Source: Candidatus Latescibacterota bacterium (GTDB lineage: Bacteria; Latescibacterota; UBA2968; UBA8231). From it: DNA of 64,000 nt. Below are positions 1-10,288 of this stretch, piece by piece. A program made the position numbers and the translations under genes. The notes beneath the pieces are model-generated. The model was not told the origin of the DNA and searched no databases. It was given only the letters and a program-made list of their open reading frames with translations. Location: positions 608,001-672,000 of the forward strand of contig OZ242318.1 of assembly GCA_965208105.1 (NCBI GenBank), in the 5' to 3' direction. Every line of letters starts with the position of its first letter. The stretch's first letter is position 1.

Positions 1-152
1 TCGTATCCGTCCCTGTGAGAATAGTACCTCTCCTCGAATTCGGGAAGGGAAAGTCCCGTCAAGCTGAGCAGGTTGCCTAGATGACCTGGATCCTGGGCGG
101 CGGCGATGACGCCGCCAAAATCGAAGACGAAGGCTCGGATTTCGTCAACCAT
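1..152 (-). CDS. HAD-family phosphatase, N-terminal part (runs off window edge)
   Basis: Manual translation from ATG at 152: MVDEIRAFVFDFGGVIAAAQDPGHLGNLL..., with HAD motif I (FDFGGV); not in the ORF track because it is truncated. Confidence 0.75.
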   Translation of the reverse strand, partial: MVDEIRAFVFDFGGVIAAAQDPGHLGNLLSLTGLSLPEFEERYYSHRDGY

Positions 153-311
153 GCGTGAGGCGCCCTCTCTGGTTCAGGGCGGGGTTGCACGGGGAATTTG
201 CACGGTAAGGGGAACGAAGGGACAGGCTCGAAAATCTGCATCCCCCATGAGGACAGCCCCAACCGCCGCCTGGCAATTTCCCCGGCCGCCAGCACGCCCA
301 CCGGGAGCAGG

Positions 312-845
312 TCAACCCCAGTCCCTGGCATTCCTCAGGCGAATACCGCTGAAATGCAGGGCGCTCCTGCGCGCCTCTCGCAGTGGAACGAGCGAATCGA
401 CCACATGGAGGTCGGTCCGGCACTCACCCAACTTTTCCGGCAAGTCGGTGAGGACAGCCAGGTCAACGGGGCGTACGGCTCGCTTGCAAACCCACATCCC
501 GGCATCGCGGATGTCGATGAAATCGCCGGGAGCAAACTCGTAGCGAATTATGCTGGCTGCCTGAAGGCGTTGATACCATTCCCGTTCGATGTAGGCCACG
601 GTTCTGTCCCTGTTTCCACCCAACCAGCGGCGGCAATCAACCTCCGTTGTCCGGGGCGTTGCCCACAGCAGAATCCGCGGGCACTGGCGCGGAAAGAGGT
701 ACATCTTCTGATGCGTTTCGGCGATTGCCCAGACCAGGGGGCCGTTGAGCCACTCCATACCCTCGGGGCGGACGGAAGGCACCCGTACCGGGCGAGGTGC
801 GAACTCGGCAATATCGGAATCCTCACTGAAATGAAACAACCTCAT
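312..845 (-). CDS. Conserved hypothetical protein (DUF6886-like)
   Basis: ORF 312..962; likely start MRLFHFSED at 845; motifs PRPV, LVWAI, YLFPRQCPR, FSGIRLRNA recalled from this family. Confidence 0.6.
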   Translation of the reverse strand: MRLFHFSEDSDIAEFAPRPVRVPSVRPEGMEWLNGPLVWAIAETHQKMYLFPRQCPRILLWATPRTTEVDCRRWLGGNRDRTVAYIEREWYQRLQAASIIRYEFAPGDFIDIRDAGMWVCKRAVRPVDLAVLTDLPEKLGECRTDLHVVDSLVPLREARRSALHFSGIRLRNARDWG

Positions 846-939
846 GGTCCCACGGCCATCCTTCAGTTTTCCATTTCGTTCGATCGAACCAGGGTTTTCA
901 GTTGAGTCGCAGACGAGGGCGGAGCCCGGTCTGTTTCGA

Positions 940-2298
940 TCACCGGGTCTCGCCCTGAACACCGGGCGGGTTGCCCGGCGGAGGAACTGATCCCAGGCTG
1001 GCGCCGAATCGGTCCCTGACCAGGGCCACCGCCTCCTCCGGCGTCGACAGCCGGCCCTCCAGCTGCTCGTCTTCCAGGGCTTCGAGAATCTCCTTGAACA
1101 GAGGACCGGGCTCGAATCCCAGGGCGATGAGATCGTGGCCGCTGAGAAGCGGCGATGGACGCAGGTCCTCCTCGTCGATCTCGGCCAGTTTCCGGCGGCA
1201 GAACCGGTAGAGATCCAGCTGCCCGTGGCTGCTCAGACAATCGATGCGGTGCAGCTCGAGGAGCTCGGGGAAAAACGGTTGGCGCAGAAAGCGCTTCAGC
1301 CTGCTCGGCCGCATCTCCCTGACGTGGCGCATGCGCATGTGGTTGCCCACCAGGTGGCAGATCTGTTCGCTTTCACGCCCCGACAGCCGCAGGCGCCGGC
1401 AAATCCGGGCGGCCATGCGGGCCCCGACGACATCGTGGTCATTGAAGCGAATGCGGTCGGTCACCGCGTAGGTGGGAGGCTTGCCGATGTCGTGCAGAAT
1501 AACGCTCCAGGCCAGGGTCGGGCTGGCTCCATGGAGGTGGTCCAACATCAGCTTGACGTGAGTCCAAACATCCCCTTCCGGGTGGAACTCCGGGGGCTGG
1601 GGGATCCCCTGCATCCGCGCCACCTCGGGCAGTACCTGGTGCAGCAGGCCCGTTTCCAGCAGCAGCTCCATGCCGCGGGCGGCGCGGCCTTCGGTGAGAA
1701 TCCTGGTGAGCTCGTCGCGGCGTCGCTCGGCACTGACGCCGCCGATATTGTCGGCATGCTCTTTGATGGCGGCGAAGGTGAGGGACTCGATCTCGAAATC
1801 CAGGCGGGCCGCAAAGCGCACCGCCCGCAACATGCGCAGGTAGTCCTCGGCGAAGCGCTCCGGCGGAGCGCCGATGGCCCTGACCACCTTCTTCTCAATG
1901 TCCCTGCGCCCGCCTACGTAGTCGATCCACTTGTCTGCCAGCGGATCGAAAAACATCCCGTTGATGGTGAAGTCGCGCCGCAGGGCGTCCTGGCGCGCGT
2001 CGGAAAACTCCACCTGGAGCGGATGGCGGCCGTCCAGGTAGGGGCCGTCGCGCCGGAATCGCGCCACCTCGTAGCGCCGGCCCTCCAGCACGACCACCAC
2101 GATCCCGAACTGCGCTCCCACTGGGATGGTGTCCCCGAAGAGGCCCATTATCTCAGGGGGCCCGGCGTCGGTGGCCACGTCCCAGTCCGCCGGCGCCCGC
2201 CCCATGGCCAGGTCGCGCACGCAGCCGCCGGCCAGCAAAGCCTGGTGCCCTTCCTCCCGCAAGGTGCGGACGATTTGGAGGGCACCCGGATCGATCAT
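940..2298 (-). CDS. cca: CCA tRNA nucleotidyltransferase / poly(A) polymerase family with HD domain
   Basis: GGCVRD, DWDVAT, RRDFTIN, EDYLRMLRAVRF and HDIGKP motifs; start MIDPG at 2298. Confidence 0.88.
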   Translation of the reverse strand: MIDPGALQIVRTLREEGHQALLAGGCVRDLAMGRAPADWDVATDAGPPEIMGLFGDTIPVGAQFGIVVVVLEGRRYEVARFRRDGPYLDGRHPLQVEFSDARQDALRRDFTINGMFFDPLADKWIDYVGGRRDIEKKVVRAIGAPPERFAEDYLRMLRAVRFAARLDFEIESLTFAAIKEHADNIGGVSAERRRDELTRILTEGRAARGMELLLETGLLHQVLPEVARMQGIPQPPEFHPEGDVWTHVKLMLDHLHGASPTLAWSVILHDIGKPPTYAVTDRIRFNDHDVVGARMAARICRRLRLSGRESEQICHLVGNHMRMRHVREMRPSRLKRFLRQPFFPELLELHRIDCLSSHGQLDLYRFCRRKLAEIDEEDLRPSPLLSGHDLIALGFEPGPLFKEILEALEDEQLEGRLSTPEEAVALVRDRFGASLGSVPPPGNPPGVQGETR

Positions 2299-2302
2299 GC
2301 TC

Positions 2303-3331
2303 CTATTGAATCTTGAAGCTGGCCACGCCGCTGACCGAGTTCTCCACCCCGCTGTCCTTGGTCCCGGCAACTACCTTCCAGTAGTAGATCTGGCCGGACT
2401 CCAGTGCGGCGCGCTCGCCGGACAACAGCGGACGTCCCACGAAGACCGCGGTGGTGTCGCCCACCAGGGGCATGTCGCTGACCTCCCCGCTTGTCGGAGA
2501 GCTGGTGACGATCACCCGGTAGTTCTTGGCCTCTTTCACCTTCCGCCAGTAGAAGGCCGGTGTCTGCGAGGTGTGCTCTCCCTGCACCGGCCGCACCAGC
2601 TCGGGGAGAACCAGGGCTACATCCGATGCCCACTGGGAAGCGGCGCTTTCCTTGCCGCCCCGGTCCAACGCCGTAATCCGGTAATAGTACACCGTGCCTA
2701 CTTCCACGTCGGCGTCGACATAGCGCGGATCGGTTACCTCGGCGATCATGTTCTGCTCGCCGGGGACGAAATCCTCAGAGGTGGACCGGAAGACTCTGTA
2801 CACGGACAGGTCCGACTCGGGGTTGAGATCCCAGTCCAGTGAAATGGAGACAGCGCTCCAGCCGGCGAGGGGCACGCTGACGGCCTGGGGGCTGGATGGC
2901 ACGGAGAAGTTGTGGGCGACGGCGCGCACCGTGCGTGGGGCCTGGGGCGACAGGTTGTTGAAGGGCTGGCCGCTGACCACGTTCGAGGCTTCGCTCTCCC
3001 TGCCGTTGCCGCCTACCGCAGTAACGTAGTAGGTGTACTCCACTTCGTACTCCAGGCCCAGGTCGCGGAACCTGGTGCTGAAGAGGGAATCCACGGCCAC
3101 CGCCGCGCCCTTGTTCTGCGCCCTGTAGACGACATAGAGCGGACCGTCTTCCTGGCCCTCCCAGCGCAGCCATATCTCGCCGTCCCCTATCTTCTCCACG
3201 GAGAGATTTTCCGGCCTGGTCGCTGCCGCGTTGGCGGCCGGGGCCGGCTCGGGGCCGGTGGAATCCCCTCCACCACAGGCAATCAGCCCCAGGGCTGCAC
3301 CTGCAAGCAGCGGAAAAACTGCATCTTTCAT
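2303..3331 (-). CDS. Fibronectin type III domain lipoprotein
   Basis: Lipobox LIAC; FN3 signatures YTYYVTAV...ESEAS and YYYRITALD...ESAAS. Confidence 0.8.
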   Translation of the reverse strand: MKDAVFPLLAGAALGLIACGGGDSTGPEPAPAANAAATRPENLSVEKIGDGEIWLRWEGQEDGPLYVVYRAQNKGAAVAVDSLFSTRFRDLGLEYEVEYTYYVTAVGGNGRESEASNVVSGQPFNNLSPQAPRTVRAVAHNFSVPSSPQAVSVPLAGWSAVSISLDWDLNPESDLSVYRVFRSTSEDFVPGEQNMIAEVTDPRYVDADVEVGTVYYYRITALDRGGKESAASQWASDVALVLPELVRPVQGEHTSQTPAFYWRKVKEAKNYRVIVTSSPTSGEVSDMPLVGDTTAVFVGRPLLSGERAALESGQIYYWKVVAGTKDSGVENSVSGVASFKIQ

Positions 3332-3490
3332 GATAGTACCTCCCCACTTAAATGGTCTCTAATTATTAAATATATTATGTTTACCTCAAATTCGGCAAGC
3401 AGTCTCGGGCAGCTCCAGGTTCCCCCATACCTGAGGCCCGCCCCTTTCCATGGGGGATTCTGCATCCGCAGGACAATCTTTCACCCGACC

Positions 3491-3569
3491 TTGGCTGCCT
3501 GCGGAGTTTACGTATACCGCCTGAAGGTGGAGCCCGGACCGTCCACCGGCGCATGCTGCTCTGCGCTGA
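3491..3569 (+). pseudogene. Decayed C-terminal FlgD-Ig/secretion-type domain remnant
   Basis: GVYVYRLKV followed, after two single-base deletions, by TVHRRMLL(L)R-stop. Confidence 0.5.
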
Positions 3570-3661
3570 GGACCGGGGCGCAGCTCGATTTCTCTACTGC
3601 ACCAAACCTCGGAGGTTATACTTCCAATTCGTTGAAGGGAAAAGAATTACAGAAAAATTCC

Positions 3662-5116
3662 ATGCTGCCTGAAACCCGGAACGGCGCGGTTGAGATCCCG
3701 CTGGAGGAACGCCAGCTCTTTGTCGACGATCACCTCGTGCGCGAAATGGTCCATCTCACCCGCACTATGCACTCTCCGGTTAAGAAGGGGACCGTGATCC
3801 GCCCGGACCGCGGTGAGCACGCCATCCAGACCCGCAGCGCCCCATTCTGGGATCCAGGGGACGAGGTATTCAAGTACTGGGTGCACGGTTGCCGCGAAAG
3901 CCCGGATGGACTGAGCTGGAAACGGGTGCCGCACACCCGGGATCCGAAAGTGGGAAGGTGCGTCATCTACGATCCGGTGGACCCGGACCCCGCCCGGCGC
4001 TACAAGGCGTGGTCCCCCGAGACCTTCCACGTTTCGGGGGACGGCCGTCAATGGCGGCAGCTCGATGTCGAGCCCATTTCCGCCGGGGACGACTTCAATT
4101 TCTCCCTGGACCGGAAACGCCGGCTCTACCTGGCCACCGTCAAGCACCCGTCGGTCTACGGGCGCTCCATTTGGCTCTCCACCAGCAGCGACTTCGAGGC
4201 GTGGTCCGGGCCCGAACTCATCTTCGAGGCTGACGAGCTGGACCAGGAGCTCGCCCGCCGGCGCATCAGGGACTGGTTTGGCGATCCTGCCCGCCACCAT
4301 CCCTACATCGACATCCCCTCCCACTACGGTGTCGATATCTACAATATGGGAGTTTTCAGGTACGAGAGCGTCTATATCGGTCTGCCCTCCTTCTTCCATC
4401 ACACCGGCACCGTGCACCCCCATTGGCCGGGGTTCGCGGGGATGGACCTGGTCCCCGCCGCGCGCGACTACATATCGGAATACGGCGACTATTCCGGGTT
4501 TCACCACGTGCAACTGGCCTGCAGCCGCGATCTGCGCCACTGGACCCGTCTCGGAGACCGCCGGCCCTTCATCGACTGTTCTCCGCTCGGAGGCGGTGCT
4601 CACGACGTTTCCTCGGTGCGGCCCGCCTCCGACGCCCTGGTCCGCGGCGACGAGCTCTGGTTCTACTATACAGGGGGAAGGTACTACGAAATAATCCGCC
4701 TCGGGGAAGCCGACGTCTACGCCATCTGTCTGGCCGTGCTGCGACGGGATGGCTTCGTCTCCCTCGATGCCGGTGACCTGCCGGGAAGCGTGTTGACCCC
4801 GGCCCTGGTGGTGCCGCAGGGTGCCCGGCGCCTTTTCGTCAACGCAGACCTGGCCGCAGGCGAACTGCGGGCGGTTGTTCTGGACCCTGTCGGTCGGCCC
4901 CTGGAGGGCTTTTCCGATCCCCAGGTGCTGCTCGTCCCCGGAAAGGCCACCGAGACCTGTCCCATCCCGCGCTGCAGCAACCCCATCAGGGGAGACCTCG
5001 CCAGGGCCGAGCTGGTCTGGAAGGGTCACGGGGACCTGGAGGTACTGGCCGGCCGCACGGTCAACCTGCGCTTCACTCTGAGCAGGGGAAGCCTCTATTC
5101 CTTCTGGTTCGAATAA
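3662..5116 (+). CDS. Hypothetical beta-propeller glycoside-hydrolase-like protein
   Basis: Start MLPET; RQLFVDD N-terminus, DPDPARRYK, Asp-box-like STSSDF and SRDLRHW, LRRDGFVSL, C-terminal LYSFWF. Confidence 0.65.
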   Translation: MLPETRNGAVEIPLEERQLFVDDHLVREMVHLTRTMHSPVKKGTVIRPDRGEHAIQTRSAPFWDPGDEVFKYWVHGCRESPDGLSWKRVPHTRDPKVGRCVIYDPVDPDPARRYKAWSPETFHVSGDGRQWRQLDVEPISAGDDFNFSLDRKRRLYLATVKHPSVYGRSIWLSTSSDFEAWSGPELIFEADELDQELARRRIRDWFGDPARHHPYIDIPSHYGVDIYNMGVFRYESVYIGLPSFFHHTGTVHPHWPGFAGMDLVPAARDYISEYGDYSGFHHVQLACSRDLRHWTRLGDRRPFIDCSPLGGGAHDVSSVRPASDALVRGDELWFYYTGGRYYEIIRLGEADVYAICLAVLRRDGFVSLDAGDLPGSVLTPALVVPQGARRLFVNADLAAGELRAVVLDPVGRPLEGFSDPQVLLVPGKATETCPIPRCSNPIRGDLARAELVWKGHGDLEVLAGRTVNLRFTLSRGSLYSFWFE

Positions 5117-5260
5117 GGCGCCGCGCGCACGGGTCCTGCAACCTGGATTCCCCTAAAGGACGGGGCCCGGACCGCGGCGGACTCCTTCCATGCGCAGGCC
5201 GGGTGGTGCAGGCCGAAATGCCGAGGCGAAGGAAATCCGAGGAATTGGTGGGAGGGCAAC

Positions 5261-5428
5261 CTAGTGTCCCGTCGCAGAGATAGGTTGACGAAATTGGGCC
5301 GCCGAGGCGCCCGGCTCACAAGGCGCCTGAGCGAGTCGTACCAGTGGTGTACGGCGAGTGAAGGCAACGCCGTGAGCCGGGATGGATCGGCGGAATAATG
5401 GCGACATATTTCTGCGACGGGACACTAG
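5261..5428. mobile_element. MITE copy A, 168 bp, IS630-like ends (type 1)
   Basis: 18-bp perfect TIR CTAGTGTCCCGTCGCAGA...TCTGCGACGGGACACTAG; nested internal inverted repeats; near-identical to 32898..33065 and 53577..53744. Confidence 0.9.
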
Positions 5429-7824
5429 CTGAAATGGGCGAAGTCCGCCACCGGGATCTGCTCCATGACGGTGGCGGCCGGCCGCAGCAGGTAGTCGCAG
5501 CCGGCGCGGGTCTCCAACACCAGGAGATCGGCGGGGGCGACAGTGCTCTCTCCGCCCTCCTGCTCGACCACCGCCACTTGGGCGGACGGCCAGGGGTTCT
5601 CCAGACGCAGGGTTCCGCCGGCGAGGGAACGCACGAGAACATAGTCCACTTCATCCGTTCTTTTCTCGGCTGAGACCAGAAAGGCCCCCGGCCCCCGCAG
5701 CGAATGGAAGCGGGCCGGCACCCCTGCGGGGATCCCTGGGAAAAGGTGCAGCACACCGGCCAGACCGGTGAGCATCATGTCCGCGAGAACCCGGCATATC
5801 CCCGGGCCGTGGTCCATCTGGAAGATGCCCGGGGCCCACAGGCGCACGGCTCCGTTCCTGGCGAAGGCATCCTCCTCATCGGGATAGCGGGCGCGTTCGA
5901 AGGCGGTCTCGACCTCACCGATGCGCAGCAGCTCGCACAGTCCCTGGCCGCCGAATCCCATGTCACCGCTGAAGCAGTTCTGCCCCGATTCCTCCAGATG
6001 CCTCCAGGTGCGGCGCGCCTGCTCGTACCATTCGCGGGGACCGTGCCACTTGCTCACCAGCTCGGCGGGAAAGACGAGGGGCAGCAGATAATTGTGGTCC
6101 TGGTAGTAGGGCTCCTGGTCCTCCCACGCCTTCCAGCAGCCCTGCGGCGTGGTCGGCGGCGGAGCCAGTCGTTCCAAGCGCGCGCGCCATTCCTCCACGA
6201 GCCCGGCATCTCTCCCGAGAACCCCGGCTGACGCAATGGCGCGCTGGAAGGCGCCGCGGAACATGGCCTGGGCGTAGAGGGAGTTGCGTCCCCAGGCGCG
6301 GAATTCCCTCCCCCTGGCCTCGAAGTGCACCGAGGGCACGATGATCCATTGCCGCCGCTCTTCGTCCCAGATTAGATAATCGGTGAAGAACAAAGCCACG
6401 TCGCGCAGCAGAGGATAGGCCACCTCCTCGAGGAAGGTTTGGTCCTGGGAATACTCATAGTACTGCCAGAACAACTGGGTCACCCAGGAGGAGGCGCTGG
6501 GATCGGTTCCCAGGGTCTGGTAGTCGGGCTGGGTGGTTTCGTTGCCGCCGATGCTGCCCCCGTGAGGGAAGCGCAAGCCGCGCATGCGGAAATATCGGGA
6601 GGCATCGCGGCGCGCCGCGGCGGCGGTGCGGTGGTAGTGGCGCAGATAGGGCTCAACCATGTCGAGGCGGTTGTTGGTGAACATGCCCCAGTAGACGCAC
6701 TGGATGTTCACATTGCTGTGAAAGTCGGCGTTCCAGGGCGGCACGTTCTCCCCCACCCAGGGTCCCTGCAAACCTGGGGATTGTCTGCCCGCCTCAAGTG
6801 CAGACCCGGCAAGATAGAGGGATCGGTAGTAGCCGCGCTCCACCGCCTCGGAGCCGACGCTGGCCAAGCCGCGCCGCCAGTAGCGGCGCCACCAACCCAG
6901 GTGGTCGTCCACAATCGCCCGGGCACCCGCCCGAACCGCCCGCGCCAGCCTCCTCCGCGCCTCGCCCTCGGTATCCTCAGCATCTTCGGAGCTGACGACG
7001 GTCAGCACCAGCGACCCGGAGCCCCGGGTTTCCGGCGTCCATACCCCCGAGAGCCGGCCTTCATGCGCCGCGGCGCTGCACTTGCCGGCGAGAGCAGCCA
7101 CCCCCACCGAGTAGGCGCCGCCGGCGGAGAAATGCTGGGTCAGCAGGCAAACGCCGTCTTCGGCGCTGGCCTCCGGCGCCGGGTTGCGCGGCAACCGGGG
7201 GCGGCCCAGGTCCCAGTGAATCTTCTCCGCAACCAGATCCTCTCCATCCCGGGTGAACTCGATGTAGAGCACCTGAAAGCGCCGCGAAACCAGGGCGCGC
7301 ACCTCCGCCCGCGTCCCGGCACCGCTCCAGGTCAGGCCTGCGCCCCCCGAGCGCAAGCTGGCCCTCAGGGTGCAGGAGGCGATGACGCCGCCCTCGTCCA
7401 GGTGAAGAATCAGGCGCCCGCAGGTGGTCAGGTGGGGGAGCGCGGCGCAGTAGGAGGCTCTGGCTTCCCCGCGCAGCCTTTCGAAACCTTGCTCGTCGTC
7501 TTCGAAGTAAGTCTGCCGGTAAGGGCCGAAGGTCTCTCCGATGAATTGGCTGCCATCGTCGTTCTGGCGGTTCCACACGTCCGATTTGCCCAGGACGAAG
7601 CCCATGGCGTCGGGATAGCCGTAAATCATGGCTCCGAAGTCGCCATTGCCAACGGGGGCTCCCGCGCGCCAGTCCGCCGGCGGTCCTTGAGGAGCCCCCC
7701 AGACCATGTCATGGCGGTCCAGGAGCTGGGCAAGGTCTATGGAAAAACGCGACGGCTGCGCGGGCAGGGATTGCCGCGGCAGGCGCTCCGCGGCCAGGCT
7801 TGCAGGGGGCTTTTCAGTGCTCAC
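5425..7824 (-). CDS. GH95-like glycoside hydrolase (alpha-L-fucosidase family)
   Basis: PVGNGDFGAM, PGLQGPW, WNADFHSNVNIQCVYW, YPLLRDVALFF, FHSLRGPGAFLVSA. Confidence 0.75.
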   Translation of the reverse strand: MSTEKPPASLAAERLPRQSLPAQPSRFSIDLAQLLDRHDMVWGAPQGPPADWRAGAPVGNGDFGAMIYGYPDAMGFVLGKSDVWNRQNDDGSQFIGETFGPYRQTYFEDDEQGFERLRGEARASYCAALPHLTTCGRLILHLDEGGVIASCTLRASLRSGGAGLTWSGAGTRAEVRALVSRRFQVLYIEFTRDGEDLVAEKIHWDLGRPRLPRNPAPEASAEDGVCLLTQHFSAGGAYSVGVAALAGKCSAAAHEGRLSGVWTPETRGSGSLVLTVVSSEDAEDTEGEARRRLARAVRAGARAIVDDHLGWWRRYWRRGLASVGSEAVERGYYRSLYLAGSALEAGRQSPGLQGPWVGENVPPWNADFHSNVNIQCVYWGMFTNNRLDMVEPYLRHYHRTAAAARRDASRYFRMRGLRFPHGGSIGGNETTQPDYQTLGTDPSASSWVTQLFWQYYEYSQDQTFLEEVAYPLLRDVALFFTDYLIWDEERRQWIIVPSVHFEARGREFRAWGRNSLYAQAMFRGAFQRAIASAGVLGRDAGLVEEWRARLERLAPPPTTPQGCWKAWEDQEPYYQDHNYLLPLVFPAELVSKWHGPREWYEQARRTWRHLEESGQNCFSGDMGFGGQGLCELLRIGEVETAFERARYPDEEDAFARNGAVRLWAPGIFQMDHGPGICRVLADMMLTGLAGVLHLFPGIPAGVPARFHSLRGPGAFLVSAEKRTDEVDYVLVRSLAGGTLRLENPWPSAQVAVVEQEGGESTVAPADLLVLETRAGCDYLLRPAATVMEQIPVADFAHFS

Positions 7825-7833
7825 GAGAATGGC

Positions 7834-8724
7834 TCACAGCGGCTGCCCGGCGGCGGTTGCGCGCCTGATCCGGCGCTCCAGGCGGAAGGCGAGAAATTCG
7901 TAGGGGTGCCATGGGGAATAGTGCTCCAATATGGCCTCCTCCGTGCAGGCAAGTCCGATCTCTCCACAGTAACCGCGCACCTCCGAATCTACCGGGATCT
8001 GCCCGTACTCCCCGAGAAGAACGGCGACGTGGTTGATGCTGTAGGGCCCCAGCCCCTTGACCGCGCCAAGCCTGGCGAGGACCTCCCGCGCTCCACCGCG
8101 GACGATCTCGCCGTCGGCGCCGAAGGCCTGGGCGATGTTCCACAAATACCCGGCCCGGTATCCCAGCCTGCATCTCTCCTCCAGCGCCCGGAGACCCAGG
8201 GCCATGACCATCTGACACGAGGGGAAATAGGCAGGTCCTCCTCCGCCATCCGTCATGGCGTTGCATTCGGACACCAGAAGGTGGCACATCTGGCGCGTGA
8301 AGGCCCAGGAGGCATTGGTCGTGAACAAGGTCTTCACCACGTCCTCGAAGAGTGTCGAGCCCTTCAGCATCCGCGCCCCGCCCCTTCGAGCGAGGCGGTG
8401 AATCCGCCGGTCAAGCTCCCGGGAGCGGCGCACGAAGGGACCGGGATCGATATCCAACCCCAGCATGTAGGAGCAGCGGCGGCGCAGCAGCTTCTTTTCC
8501 GGGGCCGTCAGGTTGCTTGCGCACCGGCACGATACGGCCGCCCCGGCGCCGGAATCCTCAACGGCGAGGTGAACGAGCTTCCCGTTGACGTACTCGTGCC
8601 GGCTCAGGATTCCGTCCCGCTCATCCCAGCTGAATGGAGCCAACTGAACCCAACCGTGAGAATGGACGAGCAGATCGAGATCGAAATAGCTCGCCCGGAA
8701 GCGAAACCTGGCTGCCTGCTTCAT
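7834..8724 (-). CDS. HhH-GPD DNA glycosylase (AlkA/OGG-like)
   Basis: LFEDVVKTLFTTNASW, FPS, LGYRA, HhH VKGLGPYS, IPVDS. Confidence 0.8.
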   Translation of the reverse strand: MKQAARFRFRASYFDLDLLVHSHGWVQLAPFSWDERDGILSRHEYVNGKLVHLAVEDSGAGAAVSCRCASNLTAPEKKLLRRRCSYMLGLDIDPGPFVRRSRELDRRIHRLARRGGARMLKGSTLFEDVVKTLFTTNASWAFTRQMCHLLVSECNAMTDGGGGPAYFPSCQMVMALGLRALEERCRLGYRAGYLWNIAQAFGADGEIVRGGAREVLARLGAVKGLGPYSINHVAVLLGEYGQIPVDSEVRGYCGEIGLACTEEAILEHYSPWHPYEFLAFRLERRIRRATAAGQPL

Positions 8725-8880
8725 CTGGAGGGAACTCCTTCGTGGCGGGAAACACGGGTCCGTAGCGGCCCATCACCGGCTGACTGCCCGGCGCCATGAA
8801 CCTCCGTGAAGGCGGGAGAATCCCCGGGTCGCAGCGGGACCCGCACCAGCGTGGACCGGGAAGGGTCCGGCAAGACTGCC

Positions 8881-9001
8881 GGTCGAATACGGCGTTGCGC
8901 TCCCTCCCCGAATCCCCTCGATTCGCCTCGGCCGCACGCCTTGCCTTCGACCGCCATGCCTCGGCCTCGCCTGCAGAGCAACTTTATCAACGGGTTGCTA
9001 G
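8881..9001. mobile_element. Degenerate MITE copy G, type 3 end with the shared core
   Basis: Right end ACTTTATCAACGGGTTGCTAG; core GGTCGAA..GGCGTTGC..CGCCTT..TTCGACC at 8881..8952; left end not recognisable. Confidence 0.6.
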
Positions 9002-10230
9002 ATCACGTCCTCGGCATGCCCGGCCAGGGATCTCTCGAGGGCCGCCATGCCGGCGCCCAGGTCCAGCACGGCCCCCATCTTGGTGAAGGCCACACCAAGG
9101 GCGTGAAGCACCCTGAAGAGATTGGGCGCCCGGCATTGCTCTCCCATCTGCCCGATGCGCACGATGTTCAGGTCAGGATCGATGGAGCCTGCTATCTCCA
9201 CCTTGAACATCTTCGACATGTAGCCCCTCGCCTGCGCGTCGTCCAGACCCCGAGGAACCTCAATTGCAACCACTGAATTGAGACGGTATTCTTTGGGCGT
9301 GAACAATTTAAGTCCCATCTCTTCAATGCCATCCTGAAGTGCAAGGGAACTCCACAGATGGCGCTCGAAGCGTCTTTCGAGAGTCTCGTCGATTATCAGG
9401 CGAAGAGCCTCGTGCATGGCCAGCAGGCCCGGCACCGGGGCGGTGTAATGGTACTGGTGGCCACTCCAGAACCTTTCGGCTCGCAGCGCGTCCAGGCACC
9501 AGTGCGGCTTGGGCCGGGTGTTCCCTTCGATCACCTCCCAGGCACGGGGCGAAAAGGAGATCAGAGAAACCCCGGGCAGCGACGAAAGCCCCTTCTGGCT
9601 GCCGGTGAGCACCACGTCGAGACCCCACTCGTCCTTCTTGAGGGGCATGGTGCTCAAGGTGCAGACCGCGTCCAGCAAGGTCAGGGCTCCGTGTTCCCGG
9701 GCAAGCCGCGCGATTTTGACCAGGTCCGTGTTCCACACCCCGCAGGCCGTCTCTCCCTGCACCATGGTTACCGCGTCGAAGCGCTCCGCCCCCAGACGGC
9801 GCTCCACCTGTTCAGCCGCGATGGGACCTCCCTCAGGTGCCTCGAGGATATGCACTTCGGCGCCGACTCCCGCGGCCATTTCCGCAAAGCGGCCGCTGAA
9901 CCACCCATTCCTCAGCACGAGGACCTTGCGCCCGGGCCACAGAAGGTTGCCCACGGCCATTTCCATCGAGGCCGAGGCGGGCCCCGATACCCCGAAGATA
10001 TGGCCGTCCCAGGTCTGGAAAACGTAGCGCGCCATTTCCTTGATGTGGCGCACCACCATGTCCATGCTTTCGCCGAGGTGGTTGATCACCATGCTGCCCG
10101 CCCGCGCCACCTCGGCCGGCACCGGCACCGGCCCGGCCCCCATGAGCAGCAATGGCTCGGCCGGAAGAACTTCGACGATAGAGGGCAAGTGGGGACGGGG
10201 GATACTCGAGTCGGCCGGGCTCAATTCCAA
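8998..10230 (-). CDS. Class V aminotransferase (alanine/serine-glyoxylate type)
   Basis: LLMGAGP, GETACGV, LDAVCT, PLP lysine in TGSQKGL, YHYTAP, RIGQMG. Confidence 0.9.
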   Translation of the reverse strand: MELSPADSSIPRPHLPSIVEVLPAEPLLLMGAGPVPVPAEVARAGSMVINHLGESMDMVVRHIKEMARYVFQTWDGHIFGVSGPASASMEMAVGNLLWPGRKVLVLRNGWFSGRFAEMAAGVGAEVHILEAPEGGPIAAEQVERRLGAERFDAVTMVQGETACGVWNTDLVKIARLAREHGALTLLDAVCTLSTMPLKKDEWGLDVVLTGSQKGLSSLPGVSLISFSPRAWEVIEGNTRPKPHWCLDALRAERFWSGHQYHYTAPVPGLLAMHEALRLIIDETLERRFERHLWSSLALQDGIEEMGLKLFTPKEYRLNSVVAIEVPRGLDDAQARGYMSKMFKVEIAGSIDPDLNIVRIGQMGEQCRAPNLFRVLHALGVAFTKMGAVLDLGAGMAALERSLAGHAEDVI

Positions 10231-10288
10231 TCCGTACGGTTAAGGAAGGAGATGATGATGAAGAAACCGCTGGGCTGCAATTTTTCCC

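Noticed and set aside
2912-3661. N-terminal extension of the 734-aa ORF
   Set aside because: Overlaps the FN3 gene antisense and an AT-rich intergenic region; the plausible start is 3662
5095-5756. Short ORFs sharing peptides (SVPSQKYVAIIPP, YDSLRRLVS) with ORFs near 32657..33307
   Set aside because: They are translations of the MITE sequence, not a gene family
6439-8799. Long alternative ORFs such as 6439..8799, 49940..52174 and 60752..62509
   Set aside because: Antisense or off-frame shadows of well-supported genes in high-GC DNA; no recognisable motifs
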